Positions 35,096 through 44,300 of a stretch of 64,000 nt of DNA are shown piece after piece. Origin of the DNA: an uncultured Bacteroidales bacterium (GTDB taxonomy: Bacteria > Bacteroidota > Bacteroidia > Bacteroidales > UBA3663); assembly GCA_937899265.1 (NCBI GenBank), contig CALBPV010000036.1, forward strand, positions 2,184 to 66,183, read 5' to 3'. The translations under genes and the position numbers were made by a program. How positions within the stretch are numbered: the first letter of the stretch is position 1; every line of letters starts with the position of its first letter. Under the pieces are notes generated by a model. The model worked only from the letters and a program-made list of their open reading frames with translations. It made no database searches and had not been told where the DNA came from.

Positions 35096-35557
35096 TTACA
35101 AATTTTTCTGCATTTCGTCCCAAAGAAAGGCCAAAGCGGCATCTGCAGCTTGCAAAATCACGCTCTCCCGGTCGCCTTCGAAGTGATAGGTGCGTGTCGC
35201 TGTATGCGTTCCGACACGGGCTGCCATACACACCGTTCCGACCGGCATCAACGCTGTGCCGCCCCCGGGACCGGCCACGCCGGTGGTCGAGATTGCGCAG
35301 TCGGTAAGCAGCACCCGAGCCACGCCGTCGGCCATCTGCCGGGCCGTACTTTCGCTCACTACTCCGTCGCTCACATCGACACCCAGCACACGTTCTTTCA
35401 CCTCAACGGCATAACTCACGACCGAACCTTTGAAGTAGTCTGACGAACCGGCCACACGCGTGATGAGGGAGGCTATCATGCCGCCCGTACAACTCTCGGC
35501 TGACGACACAGTCAGCCCCCGTTCACGCAAAAAATCTCCTATTTTTTTCGATAACAT
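35096..35557 (-). CDS. CinA-family protein (PncC-type nicotinamide-nucleotide amidase domain)
   Basis: 153 aa: LTVSSAESCTGGMIASLIT...GSSDYFKGSVVSYA...GVAGPGGGT. Confidence 0.85.
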   Translation of the reverse strand: MLSKKIGDFLRERGLTVSSAESCTGGMIASLITRVAGSSDYFKGSVVSYAVEVKERVLGVDVSDGVVSESTARQMADGVARVLLTDCAISTTGVAGPGGGTALMPVGTVCMAARVGTHTATRTYHFEGDRESVILQAADAALAFLWDEMQKNL

Positions 35558-35621
35558 GCCGCAAAATTACAGAAAAAATATTTATTTACCAAATAAATTT
35601 GGAATTTTAACAAAAAACTCC

Positions 35622-35629
35622 TATCTTTG
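35622..35629 (+). promoter_or_regulatory. -7 box TATCTTTG, 4 nt before ATG 35634 (leaderless layout)
   Basis: ctatctttgcactATG. Confidence 0.5.
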
Positions 35630-35633
35630 CACT

Positions 35634-37877
35634 ATGAAACACGAAGAAATCAACAATATCAACAACGAAATAAGCGAAAAGTTGAGCAATCGCCAATTCT
35701 CGGAGGCACTGTCCAGAATCCGCCAAGTGTGCGACATTCTTGATTTCGGCGACCTGCGTGAAAGAGCCGAAACCTTGCAGCGGGACTACGGCTACATGCT
35801 GAGCTACTATGCCCAGGGTTCTCAGGACCCTTCGCGCGAGGAAATGTTCGACCATCTTTACAACGACTCGTGGACGTTGCTCGACTGCTGGTGCGACCGC
35901 GCCGAACAGCTGTCGTCTCCTTTTTATTATTACAGCGAGAAACGGATGCTCCGACAGCGGGGACTGAACCTTCCCTCGATGGCGGACGACTTCATTGAGC
36001 TTTGCCGGAAAGACGTCCGCGACTTCACGCCCGCCTCGAAGACCCAACATTGGTCGGACATCGACGCGATGGCCGAAACGCTCTGGCTGGCCATTTGGAC
36101 CGATTTCCCCACCAATCGCGAACACCGCAACAGTATCCACCGCCTACTGCTCGACGAGAGCGTGCCCCTCTCCTACCGGGCCTCGTTCCTGTCGGCCATG
36201 ACCATCGGTCTGCTCTCATTCTTCGATGCCGAGAAGGCCGAAGACCTGTTCACTTTCACCATCGACGGTTTGCCCGATGACATTACGCAACGAGCCTGGA
36301 TAGGATATCTTCTGGTCATTTTGAAACACAACTACCGCATCGACCATCTACCCCGCCTTCAAGCCCAGCTGCAGTACATCGCGGATGAACACAAACGCTA
36401 CAAGCCCGGCGAGGATAATCTACTCTTCCTGCAGCTGATTCTTCTGCAGGCTTGCGGCACAAAGGAAATGGCCCGCAAACTTCAGGATGAAATCATGCCC
36501 AACATACTCAAAGGCATCACCGAGATGGCCGACAAAATAAGGGAGACCGACCTGCCTCAGGGTATCAACATTCTCGAAATAGAAGAGGACTCCGAAGGCA
36601 TCTCCGTCAACCCCGAATGGAAGAAGTCAAAGCTCGGACGGAGTTTTCAAAACTATGCCCAGATGCAGAGCAGAGGCGAGGACATACGTTACTATTCCTT
36701 CCAGGCGATTTCCAAAATGTCTTTCTTCCGCAACTACTGCCATTGGTTCTCGACCTTTGATCCCGAGCTGCCTTGGCTGCGTACCATTGTCGAGAAGTAT
36801 CCCGACTTATGGAAGATGCAGAATCTGTTGCGTGTCTCCCAGAAATTATGCTACACCGAGTCCAATGGCATAATCATCTATATGACCGAGAACCTTACCC
36901 TCAGCAAAAAGAGCGGCGACAACAAAGAACTCCTGCCCAAGAATATGTTGAACCACTTCTCGGAACTTGTCGGCGACAAACATGAGTTGAATCCCCACGA
37001 GATTGCTCTCACCTACACCCACGACCTCTACCGTTTCTTCACGCTGGCACCCCACTGCGAAGAATGGGAGAATCCGTTCGATAACCGCGAGTACATGTTC
37101 TTTGCCTCGTCGGCTTGGCTGGCTCCCATCATCTCGAAGAAAAGCGAAGCCCGCGATGTTGCCGAATATCTCTTTGCCCACGAACGCTGGAAGGAGGCTG
37201 TCTTTGCCATCCAGAAATGGATAGACTTCGAGGTGACGGAGGAAGCGCTCCAGAAACTGGCCTATGCCGCCTACCAGAAGGAGGTCGATGACCCCACACT
37301 GGCTCGCGAGGCTCTGGTGGTCTGCAACCATCTCTATCCCGACAAGAAATGGACCCTCAATTACCTCATCTCCTTCTATCTCAAGGAGGAGGAATACAAT
37401 ACGGCCGAACTGATGCTCCAACACGCTGTCGAACTGTGGCCCGACGACCGCAAGCTGTTGCTCAAACAGGCCGAATGTTTCATTGCCCAGCATCGCTGGA
37501 AAGATGCCTTTGAACCCCTCTTCAAGATTGATCTCAAGGAGGAGGGTCTCTCCAAGGTAAACCGTCTGCTGGCCCATTGCAACATGATGACCAAACACAA
37601 CGCCAAAGCCGAACAGTACATCACTTCTGTCCTCAAGAAGAAACCCGCTCGCAAGGATTGGCTTCTGGGCGCCCACATCGCTCTCCAGAACGGCAATATC
37701 CCCAAAGCCATCGAAAGGTACAAGATGTGTCTGTCTTCCGGTAAATGGTCGATGGAAGACCTCCAGCAGCGCGTCTTTGACGACTGGCCCAACCTGATAG
37801 AGGCCGGAATCAAAGACTCCGACCTCTCATTGGCTCTCGAGACCCTGCGTCACCTCGGACAGGCCTCAAGCATATAA
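35634..37877 (+). CDS. Large helical/TPR-like hypothetical protein
   Basis: 747 aa from MKHEEINNINNE. The C-terminal third has TPR-like repeats (...YNTAELMLQHAVELWPDDRKLLLKQAECFIAQHRWKDAFEPL...). No catalytic motif recognised. Confidence 0.6.
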   Translation: MKHEEINNINNEISEKLSNRQFSEALSRIRQVCDILDFGDLRERAETLQRDYGYMLSYYAQGSQDPSREEMFDHLYNDSWTLLDCWCDRAEQLSSPFYYYSEKRMLRQRGLNLPSMADDFIELCRKDVRDFTPASKTQHWSDIDAMAETLWLAIWTDFPTNREHRNSIHRLLLDESVPLSYRASFLSAMTIGLLSFFDAEKAEDLFTFTIDGLPDDITQRAWIGYLLVILKHNYRIDHLPRLQAQLQYIADEHKRYKPGEDNLLFLQLILLQACGTKEMARKLQDEIMPNILKGITEMADKIRETDLPQGINILEIEEDSEGISVNPEWKKSKLGRSFQNYAQMQSRGEDIRYYSFQAISKMSFFRNYCHWFSTFDPELPWLRTIVEKYPDLWKMQNLLRVSQKLCYTESNGIIIYMTENLTLSKKSGDNKELLPKNMLNHFSELVGDKHELNPHEIALTYTHDLYRFFTLAPHCEEWENPFDNREYMFFASSAWLAPIISKKSEARDVAEYLFAHERWKEAVFAIQKWIDFEVTEEALQKLAYAAYQKEVDDPTLAREALVVCNHLYPDKKWTLNYLISFYLKEEEYNTAELMLQHAVELWPDDRKLLLKQAECFIAQHRWKDAFEPLFKIDLKEEGLSKVNRLLAHCNMMTKHNAKAEQYITSVLKKKPARKDWLLGAHIALQNGNIPKAIERYKMCLSSGKWSMEDLQQRVFDDWPNLIEAGIKDSDLSLALETLRHLGQASSI

Positions 37878-40800
37878 ATCGCATCCAGCCCGAAACAGGC
37901 GATTCCGTTCGTCGAAAAGCGTTCGGCTGTGGGACGTTCCAGTTTCAGCTGACGCCATGCTTCCTCATAGCTCTCCTTATCCCCCGTCGTGCTGTAAGCA
38001 TAGGCGGGAAGACGGGGTATGAGGAATTTGTTTCGTGATATAGTAATGGCTTTCGAAGGATAGTCGTGACAATGGGTCTGCCAGGTCTGTACAAACGTTG
38101 CAATCGTAGAGACAGTCTCGGGTGACACATTTTTCTGTTCTCCCAAGGTACTCAGACAAGGCAACAGCTCGTTCATCATCTCGAATCCGCCCATGATGGA
38201 AAGCAAGTGGTTGGTGTTCTGTTCTTCCGGATTGCCCTCCCATGAGATGACACCCGTTGCAGGGTCGTAGCCCAAAGCTTTCTGTCCGGTGAAGATGCCG
38301 TTGGGCATTCCGTTGATGGAATGCATGCCTGCCAGTATTTTGTCCAAATAAACGGGATTGAGCGTACGTTCGTATTCGGTCATCCAGTTGGACACATATC
38401 CCACCCAGTCGGGACCGATTCTGAGTCGGGCAGGAGCCGTGCAGGGATAGAGTTCGCGCGGCTGGGCCAGACGCATGGGGTCGAGACGGTAGAGCAGTGT
38501 GTCGGCATCTCTCACGGCCGTCATCAGGTCGCCCGTGCGGTCGTCGCCGCCCGAGAGATAGTAGTAGAAACGGTTCCATTGGGCCTCCGAAATGCGGCTC
38601 TCCTTGGCTCCGCAGCCCCAGTGGGTCACGTTGTGGCGCGACCCCAGCGCTTTCCAAGGGCCTTCGTGATAGACATCGGTTTCCGAGCAGTGACGGGTCA
38701 TCGCCACTGCCATTTCCCAAAGTTTCCGGTCACCCGTGCGGAGGAAATTATACCACAGGAACATGGGCGAAGCCAATTCAGTGTTGTCCCACGCGAATCC
38801 GCCCACGTCGTACATCCATTCTTGTCGCCAGCTGTCATAGGCATGCATAAAGTCTCCGTAGTTCCAGTAGCCATACCAGTGTCGTTCGTCCTGCTGTCGG
38901 CGGTAGAAATCACACCAGTAGGCCAGATCTTTCTCCAACGGGTCGTCGGTGGGGAGCGACCAAATGCCGAAGGCTCGTTGGGCATGCAGATATTCGGGCG
39001 AAGGCAGGAGCTGCATGTCTGACTGGCCTGCCTGTTCTTTCATCCGGCTTTCGAGGCCGGCAGCCGAAGTCACAGCTCCGAAGGTCAATTCCGAGGTCCG
39101 TGCAATACCAAAGGGAGACGACATTCCCTCCTGCACATCTTCATAAGCAGCAATGAGGTCATGGGGCTCCGTGTCGTAGTGGCGCAGGTCCATGGGTTCG
39201 GCTTCGGGCGACCAGAGATACACCGTCATCGAGGCTTCCTTTTCGGTGGCTCCGTCGATTTGGAGTGTCGAAGGACAGCTCTGCCAGAAATCTTTCAGTT
39301 TCACCCTCAGTCCGCCTTTCGAATCGGCAAGTGCGAAGGTTCCGCCTGCACGGTGTCCCGCGAAGGTGCCTATCCAGGGAGTATTTTGCTTGGCCCGCTT
39401 GCGGAGCGTCCATCCCATATCGTTCGGTTGGGAGAGCCGGAAGCCGTCCCATGTGGCCAAATGTTCGGTCATGAAGCAATCAGTGTCTTCCAAGCGGGAA
39501 CTGTCGATGCGTTCTCCGTTGCGTTGGGAGGCATTCAGTCCCTGCGTGAAGGGTTTGCGACCCGAGAGATTCTCCACCGATTCGTGCCAAACTGTAGTGT
39601 CCGTCTCGAAGAAAACGTGGCGGTTGTAGAGCTCATCGCTCAGGGGCACACGGAATCTCACGCCTATCGACCGTATCATCGGGTCGCGATTGACGGTGCC
39701 GAACGGGGCACTCTCTTCTTCTCCTATATTATATATAAAGGTGTGGACCATCCTTATCTCCGGCGTGCCGGCCACAAGATAGAGATGGAGGATAAAACTC
39801 GGAGTACGGGCTCCTTCGAGGTGGCCATAGACTTTGAATGCAGCCGACACCTCGCCTTTGCGCAAAAGGCGGAGGCTGTCGATGCTACAGGTCTGCTCTT
39901 CGTCCTCTGTGGTAAGACACGAGACCAGCGAAGCTTCTCTCAGGGTGATATTCCCGCCCGTCCGCATCGAATCGACAAAGGCTCTCAGCGGACGCTTCGG
40001 GAGCCAAAGCCGGTAGCAGCCGTTGTCGATGGCGTATTGCGATTCTGTTTCCCTGACGGAGAGCGCCTGTCCTGCGGTTTTCTTTCCTTTGGAGGTTTTC
40101 AACTCGGGTTTCAGTTCGTAGCTGTCCCTCATCGTCACCGCGCCTTCGAACCCGGCCCACTTCACACTGCCGTCCGGCCAATAGGCCAACGGACGGAAAT
40201 CGACCTGCTCGCCGCCGAGGGTGAATTGCGTCTGCTCAGAAAGGGCTCCTGCCGGAAACGGCACACCGAAACGGACAGGCACACATTCGCCGTCCCTGCC
40301 GGCGGCTTCAGCTCCGCCCGCCCAGCCGAGTGTCACTTTGTTGTCCTCGGAGGCATCGTAACGGTGATAGGTGAAATTGGCGATTTGGAATCGGGACCAC
40401 GTGGACCGGAAGCCGAACCATCCGCTCTTGAGGGGGTTCGGATCCTGCCAGGATACAAGCCGTTCGCCGTCGATTTCGTAGATGAATTTCGAGTCGGCCA
40501 CAATGATGCGGATGTGGCGCCAGCGGTTGGCCACATTGAGATGCGGCACATCGGTGTATTCCTGTAGCACGGGCGGACGCACGTCTTTGTTCTCCACCGC
40601 TGCTTCGTTGCCGTCATAGCGGCGGAACCTCGTGGTCGTGTTGCCGTTACCGCCGTAGCCCACATAGTAGGTCTTCAGGCTGTAGCTCCTCACGAAGATG
40701 CCGTTTCGCCACGTCTGGCGACGGAACACATCCTTCGCCCCGGGATCGGTGGCCATCACGAAACAATTGAGGTCGGAAGGCCTGTCGCAGGCTTTGCCGG

Positions 40801-41044
40801 GTTTGTCGCCCTCCTGCGGCAGGTTCCGTTCGTCCACCATCAGACGGGCATCGTATTCTATCACTACGGGAGCTTCCATTTTCTCCTTTCTCCACACGGT
40901 GATTCCCTGCGGCGCGGTGATTTCGACCGTGTCGCCGTGGAATTCGGTCTTCACATCGGGCGACTCCGATTCTATCGTCCAATGGTTGTCGAAAGCATCG
41001 GCATTGAGGGCCGAGACGACAAACAGTAAGGCAAGGGGCATCAT
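37850..41044 (-). CDS. Secreted fusion protein: N-terminal DUF1961/YesU-like lectin fold + YetA/PcRGLX-like (PL26-like) region
   Basis: Signal peptide MMPLALLFVVSALNADA. The N-terminal part has ...PSDLNCFVMATDP...YYVGYGGNGNTTTRFRRYDG. The C-terminal part has WYGYWNYGDFMHAYD...YDVGGFAWDNTELASPMFLWYNFLRTGD, alpha/alpha-toroid-like. The family assignment is from memory. Confidence 0.55.
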   Translation of the reverse strand: MMPLALLFVVSALNADAFDNHWTIESESPDVKTEFHGDTVEITAPQGITVWRKEKMEAPVVIEYDARLMVDERNLPQEGDKPGKACDRPSDLNCFVMATDPGAKDVFRRQTWRNGIFVRSYSLKTYYVGYGGNGNTTTRFRRYDGNEAAVENKDVRPPVLQEYTDVPHLNVANRWRHIRIIVADSKFIYEIDGERLVSWQDPNPLKSGWFGFRSTWSRFQIANFTYHRYDASEDNKVTLGWAGGAEAAGRDGECVPVRFGVPFPAGALSEQTQFTLGGEQVDFRPLAYWPDGSVKWAGFEGAVTMRDSYELKPELKTSKGKKTAGQALSVRETESQYAIDNGCYRLWLPKRPLRAFVDSMRTGGNITLREASLVSCLTTEDEEQTCSIDSLRLLRKGEVSAAFKVYGHLEGARTPSFILHLYLVAGTPEIRMVHTFIYNIGEEESAPFGTVNRDPMIRSIGVRFRVPLSDELYNRHVFFETDTTVWHESVENLSGRKPFTQGLNASQRNGERIDSSRLEDTDCFMTEHLATWDGFRLSQPNDMGWTLRKRAKQNTPWIGTFAGHRAGGTFALADSKGGLRVKLKDFWQSCPSTLQIDGATEKEASMTVYLWSPEAEPMDLRHYDTEPHDLIAAYEDVQEGMSSPFGIARTSELTFGAVTSAAGLESRMKEQAGQSDMQLLPSPEYLHAQRAFGIWSLPTDDPLEKDLAYWCDFYRRQQDERHWYGYWNYGDFMHAYDSWRQEWMYDVGGFAWDNTELASPMFLWYNFLRTGDRKLWEMAVAMTRHCSETDVYHEGPWKALGSRHNVTHWGCGAKESRISEAQWNRFYYYLSGGDDRTGDLMTAVRDADTLLYRLDPMRLAQPRELYPCTAPARLRIGPDWVGYVSNWMTEYERTLNPVYLDKILAGMHSINGMPNGIFTGQKALGYDPATGVISWEGNPEEQNTNHLLSIMGGFEMMNELLPCLSTLGEQKNVSPETVSTIATFVQTWQTHCHDYPSKAITISRNKFLIPRLPAYAYSTTGDKESYEEAWRQLKLERPTAERFSTNGIACFGLDAIYMLEACPR

Positions 41045-43986
41045 AAGGCTTGTTTTTTGAATCCGGGTTTCAATTCATCGGGCATCTCTTTGGTGAACAT
41101 ATCCACCGGGGGAGCCACCTTGGTGAATAGCTCGGCCACGCGCTCCGCCTCCACCTCAAACTTGGGCTGGAACTCGTCCGAGTTCATGTAGTCGAGAATC
41201 GACTTGCGCAGTTGACGGGCCACGATGCGGTTCTTCAGGTCGTGTGAGAGATCCATCGTGGTCATCATCAGACGTCCTTTGCCCACGCGGGCTTCAAACA
41301 ACACTCCGATTTTGCGCGAGAGGAACCAGGTGTCGATGCTCTGCACCAGGGGTTGGAACCCTTGCGGGAAATCGGTGAAGAGCATCACAGGCGTTCGATT
41401 GACGAGTTCGAACCACTGGATGTCGCTGCAGTCTTCGGTAAGGAACTCGCGGAAGGCCGGATGTGTGTGGTCCAGGTAAATGCCCGTCGTGTGGGGCGGA
41501 CGCATCTTGAACCACGACGTGTTCCAGAACACGGGAGTCCAATACTGCCTCACATCCCGTCCGTAGGTCACTTTGCCGCCGGCCGTGATGAGCACGTCGC
41601 CTCCGGCTGCCAGCGTTTGGCGGGCTTTGTCGTCCAGCGAGTCGCACACATAGACTCTGCCCTCCACTGTCTCGGGTGCCGAGGGATAGAACCAGAAGTT
41701 CCACGAATTGCGGGCAAGGATGACTTCGGGCTGTTGTACGGGAACGACCGATACCGTCATCTTCACTTGCTTCGGTCCGCTCACCTTCCAGAACGAAGGC
41801 TGGAACGAGCTTTTCAGAATGCCTGCCGAGAGTCCCAGGTCGAGGTTGAAAGCCATTTTAGTCAGGGAGGGCACGAGTTTGCGCTGCAACAGGTTGCCGC
41901 TCTCGTCCGTGAATTCTATCTGCAGTCCCACACCGAAGAGCGGACCGGCTCCATAGTTCGACACGTCAATCGAATAGTGAACCGTGTCGTTGTCGTTCCA
42001 TACAAACTTGGGCACCCTCAGCAGCGGAACCACGGGCGCGGTCCATTGACGGAATTCCTCGGGCGTGGTGTAGCCTTTGTTTTCGAAGAACACATTCAAC
42101 ACGCCTTCGAGGGCCGTTCCCTGTCCGGAATAGTCGTTGATGGCCAACATCTGATAGCCGCTGTAAGGAGCCGTGCGGAGCAGTTTTTCGATTTCGTATT
42201 TGTAGCAGACGGTTTGCAGGCGGCCGGAAGCGTAGAGGAACTTCTCGGCCATCTCTGCCATGTCGTTCTTGGCCAACATGTCCTTGAAGATGCCGAAATT
42301 CCTCGGTTCCATCACACCTGTGTAATGGCTCATCTCCTTGAAATCGGGGAAGACACACCACTGCCCCAGCTCGTGACAGATGAAGGGCTGATGCAAGGTG
42401 TCAAGTTTCGATTTGAAGTCATCCAGCGTGCCGGGCTGACGACGCCAGTCCAGACCTCGAGCTCCAGCCTTCACGTGGTACTGGTTGGCAGGCTGCCATG
42501 CCCAGCCGCCGCCCACAGAGAAACCCGTGTAGAGACGGCGCGAATCGGCCTGTTTCCAATAGTTGACAAAGTCGGTGGCCCACGGCACCCAATTGCCCCT
42601 GGGTTCGTTGCCCGCACTGAAGAAGGTGAACGACGGGTGATTGCCGTATTCGCGGACGATGCGTTTCGTCTCGTTCATCAGGAAGGTGTCGATGGGTTCT
42701 TTGCGACCCAACGAGACCCCGTGATTGGGCCACGACGGACCTTCGGGCTGCAAGTAGAAGCCCACCTCATCGGCTGCAATGAAAGCGGCCTCGGGAGGAC
42801 AATAGGAATGGAACCTCATGTGGTTCAAGCCCCACTCGCGGCAGATTCTGAAGACCCGTTTCCAGGAGGCTGTGTCCATCGGGGCATAGCCCGTGAGGGG
42901 AAAGTCGCAATTCTCCACCGTACCGCGCAGCAGGGCCTTCCGCCCGTTGATGAACAGCGAGTCGTTGCTGGCATGTACCTCTCTCAGACCAAAGGTCACT
43001 TCTTTCGCAGTCAGCGTCTTGTGGCTCTTGGCATCGCTCACTTCCGCCTTGATTTTGTAGAGCACGGGGGTGAATTCGTCCCACGCATACTTGAACCCTT
43101 CGAGGGACACTTCATGGACGGAAACGTCTTTGCGTCCGGCCATCAGGGTGTAGGACTTCACTGTCTCCAAGTGCTGTGTTCCGCCGTTGTAGGCATCTGC
43201 CGTTACTTTCACCGTCACGACCTGTTGCTTCCCTCCGTCGTTCTTGAGGGCGAGGCGTATGCGGGCGGCACGGTGTCCGAAGTCGGGATAAACCTCTATG
43301 CCGTTGAGCGTCTCGGAATTTTCAAAATGCACAGGAGGCACCGTTCGGAGGGAAATCTCGCCCACGATACCATTCCAGTTGCCCTGCGTCTGGTCCGACA
43401 CCGAATGGGAGTCTTTGCCTACCGGCGTGTCGCGATTGGTGTTATCGACCCGCACCGCTATCAAGTTCTTTTTGCCGGGCTTCACAGCACGTGTAATATC
43501 ATACACGTGGGGCACGCAGAGTGAGAGTTGGGAGCCCTGCTCCTGACCGTTCACCCAAACCGTCGTCTTGATGTGCGGACGCTCCATGGAGAAGACCACC
43601 GCTTCTCCCTTCCATTCTTTCGGCACTTCCACTTCTTTGTAGTACCAGGCCACGCCCTTATAGACGCGTTTCGGGGTCAGGCAGAACGGCAACGAGATGT
43701 TACCCTCCTTGCGATAGGGAGCCATTGCGGGATTGAAATAATAGGAACTGTCGTAAATCGAACAGGTCCAGTCGGTCGTCAGTGAAGGAAGGTCACCGAT
43801 GCCGCTCTCGTTGAGCGAAGCCGGAAGGCGGAGCGTCTCTGCCGACGGACTGTTGTACCAGCCCGCAGCAACGCCTTCCTCCTGGCGATCCAAACGGTAA
43901 CTCCATGAGCCGGAAAGGTCTATCACCTCCCCTGCTGCCACACTGCACACAAGCAATAAAGCGAACGAAAGCAAAATTTGTTTCAT
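41041..43986 (-). CDS. Glycoside hydrolase family 2 protein
   Basis: Start at MKQILLSFALLLVCSVAAGEV (complement 43984-86). Has a GH2 sugar-binding N-domain and a TIM barrel region (...NHMRFHSYCPPEAAF...GNHPSFTFFSAGNEP...). An ATGA overlap links it to the downstream gene. Confidence 0.75.
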   Translation of the reverse strand: MKQILLSFALLLVCSVAAGEVIDLSGSWSYRLDRQEEGVAAGWYNSPSAETLRLPASLNESGIGDLPSLTTDWTCSIYDSSYYFNPAMAPYRKEGNISLPFCLTPKRVYKGVAWYYKEVEVPKEWKGEAVVFSMERPHIKTTVWVNGQEQGSQLSLCVPHVYDITRAVKPGKKNLIAVRVDNTNRDTPVGKDSHSVSDQTQGNWNGIVGEISLRTVPPVHFENSETLNGIEVYPDFGHRAARIRLALKNDGGKQQVVTVKVTADAYNGGTQHLETVKSYTLMAGRKDVSVHEVSLEGFKYAWDEFTPVLYKIKAEVSDAKSHKTLTAKEVTFGLREVHASNDSLFINGRKALLRGTVENCDFPLTGYAPMDTASWKRVFRICREWGLNHMRFHSYCPPEAAFIAADEVGFYLQPEGPSWPNHGVSLGRKEPIDTFLMNETKRIVREYGNHPSFTFFSAGNEPRGNWVPWATDFVNYWKQADSRRLYTGFSVGGGWAWQPANQYHVKAGARGLDWRRQPGTLDDFKSKLDTLHQPFICHELGQWCVFPDFKEMSHYTGVMEPRNFGIFKDMLAKNDMAEMAEKFLYASGRLQTVCYKYEIEKLLRTAPYSGYQMLAINDYSGQGTALEGVLNVFFENKGYTTPEEFRQWTAPVVPLLRVPKFVWNDNDTVHYSIDVSNYGAGPLFGVGLQIEFTDESGNLLQRKLVPSLTKMAFNLDLGLSAGILKSSFQPSFWKVSGPKQVKMTVSVVPVQQPEVILARNSWNFWFYPSAPETVEGRVYVCDSLDDKARQTLAAGGDVLITAGGKVTYGRDVRQYWTPVFWNTSWFKMRPPHTTGIYLDHTHPAFREFLTEDCSDIQWFELVNRTPVMLFTDFPQGFQPLVQSIDTWFLSRKIGVLFEARVGKGRLMMTTMDLSHDLKNRIVARQLRKSILDYMNSDEFQPKFEVEAERVAELFTKVAPPVDMFTKEMPDELKPGFKKQAL

Positions 43987-44023
43987 AATATCGGATGTAT
44001 AAATTGATTCGCATTCAAGTCTG

Positions 44024-44031
44024 CAAATATA
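44024..44031 (-). promoter_or_regulatory. -7 box (TATATTTG on minus strand) upstream of the GH2 operon
   Basis: The plus strand reads caaatata, about 40 nt upstream of ATG 43986. Confidence 0.45.
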
Positions 44032-44266
44032 CTGAAATTTTCCGAACTGTCCATATATTTTTACAATTTTAACGTTTTTGTGGCCCACAAACCGCCGTTT
44101 CCGCCCCGTTTCGCCGTTTTTCCCACGGCTTTCAGACGAATCCTGTGCTTGAAAAGACCGTGTCCTTTTGCCGTCTCCACACTACAAAACAGGGGAAAGA
44201 AAGGAATAAAGAGAGTATATTTGAGGAATAAAGAATAAAAAACTTGCATAAATCAAATAAAAGTTG

Positions 44267-44274
44267 TATCTTTG
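44267..44274 (+). promoter_or_regulatory. -7 box TATCTTTG upstream of the CoA-transferase
   Basis: Exact TAnnTTTG match 27 nt before ATG 44301. Confidence 0.5.
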
Positions 44275-44300
44275 CGGCAAACAAACGACAAACACAAACT

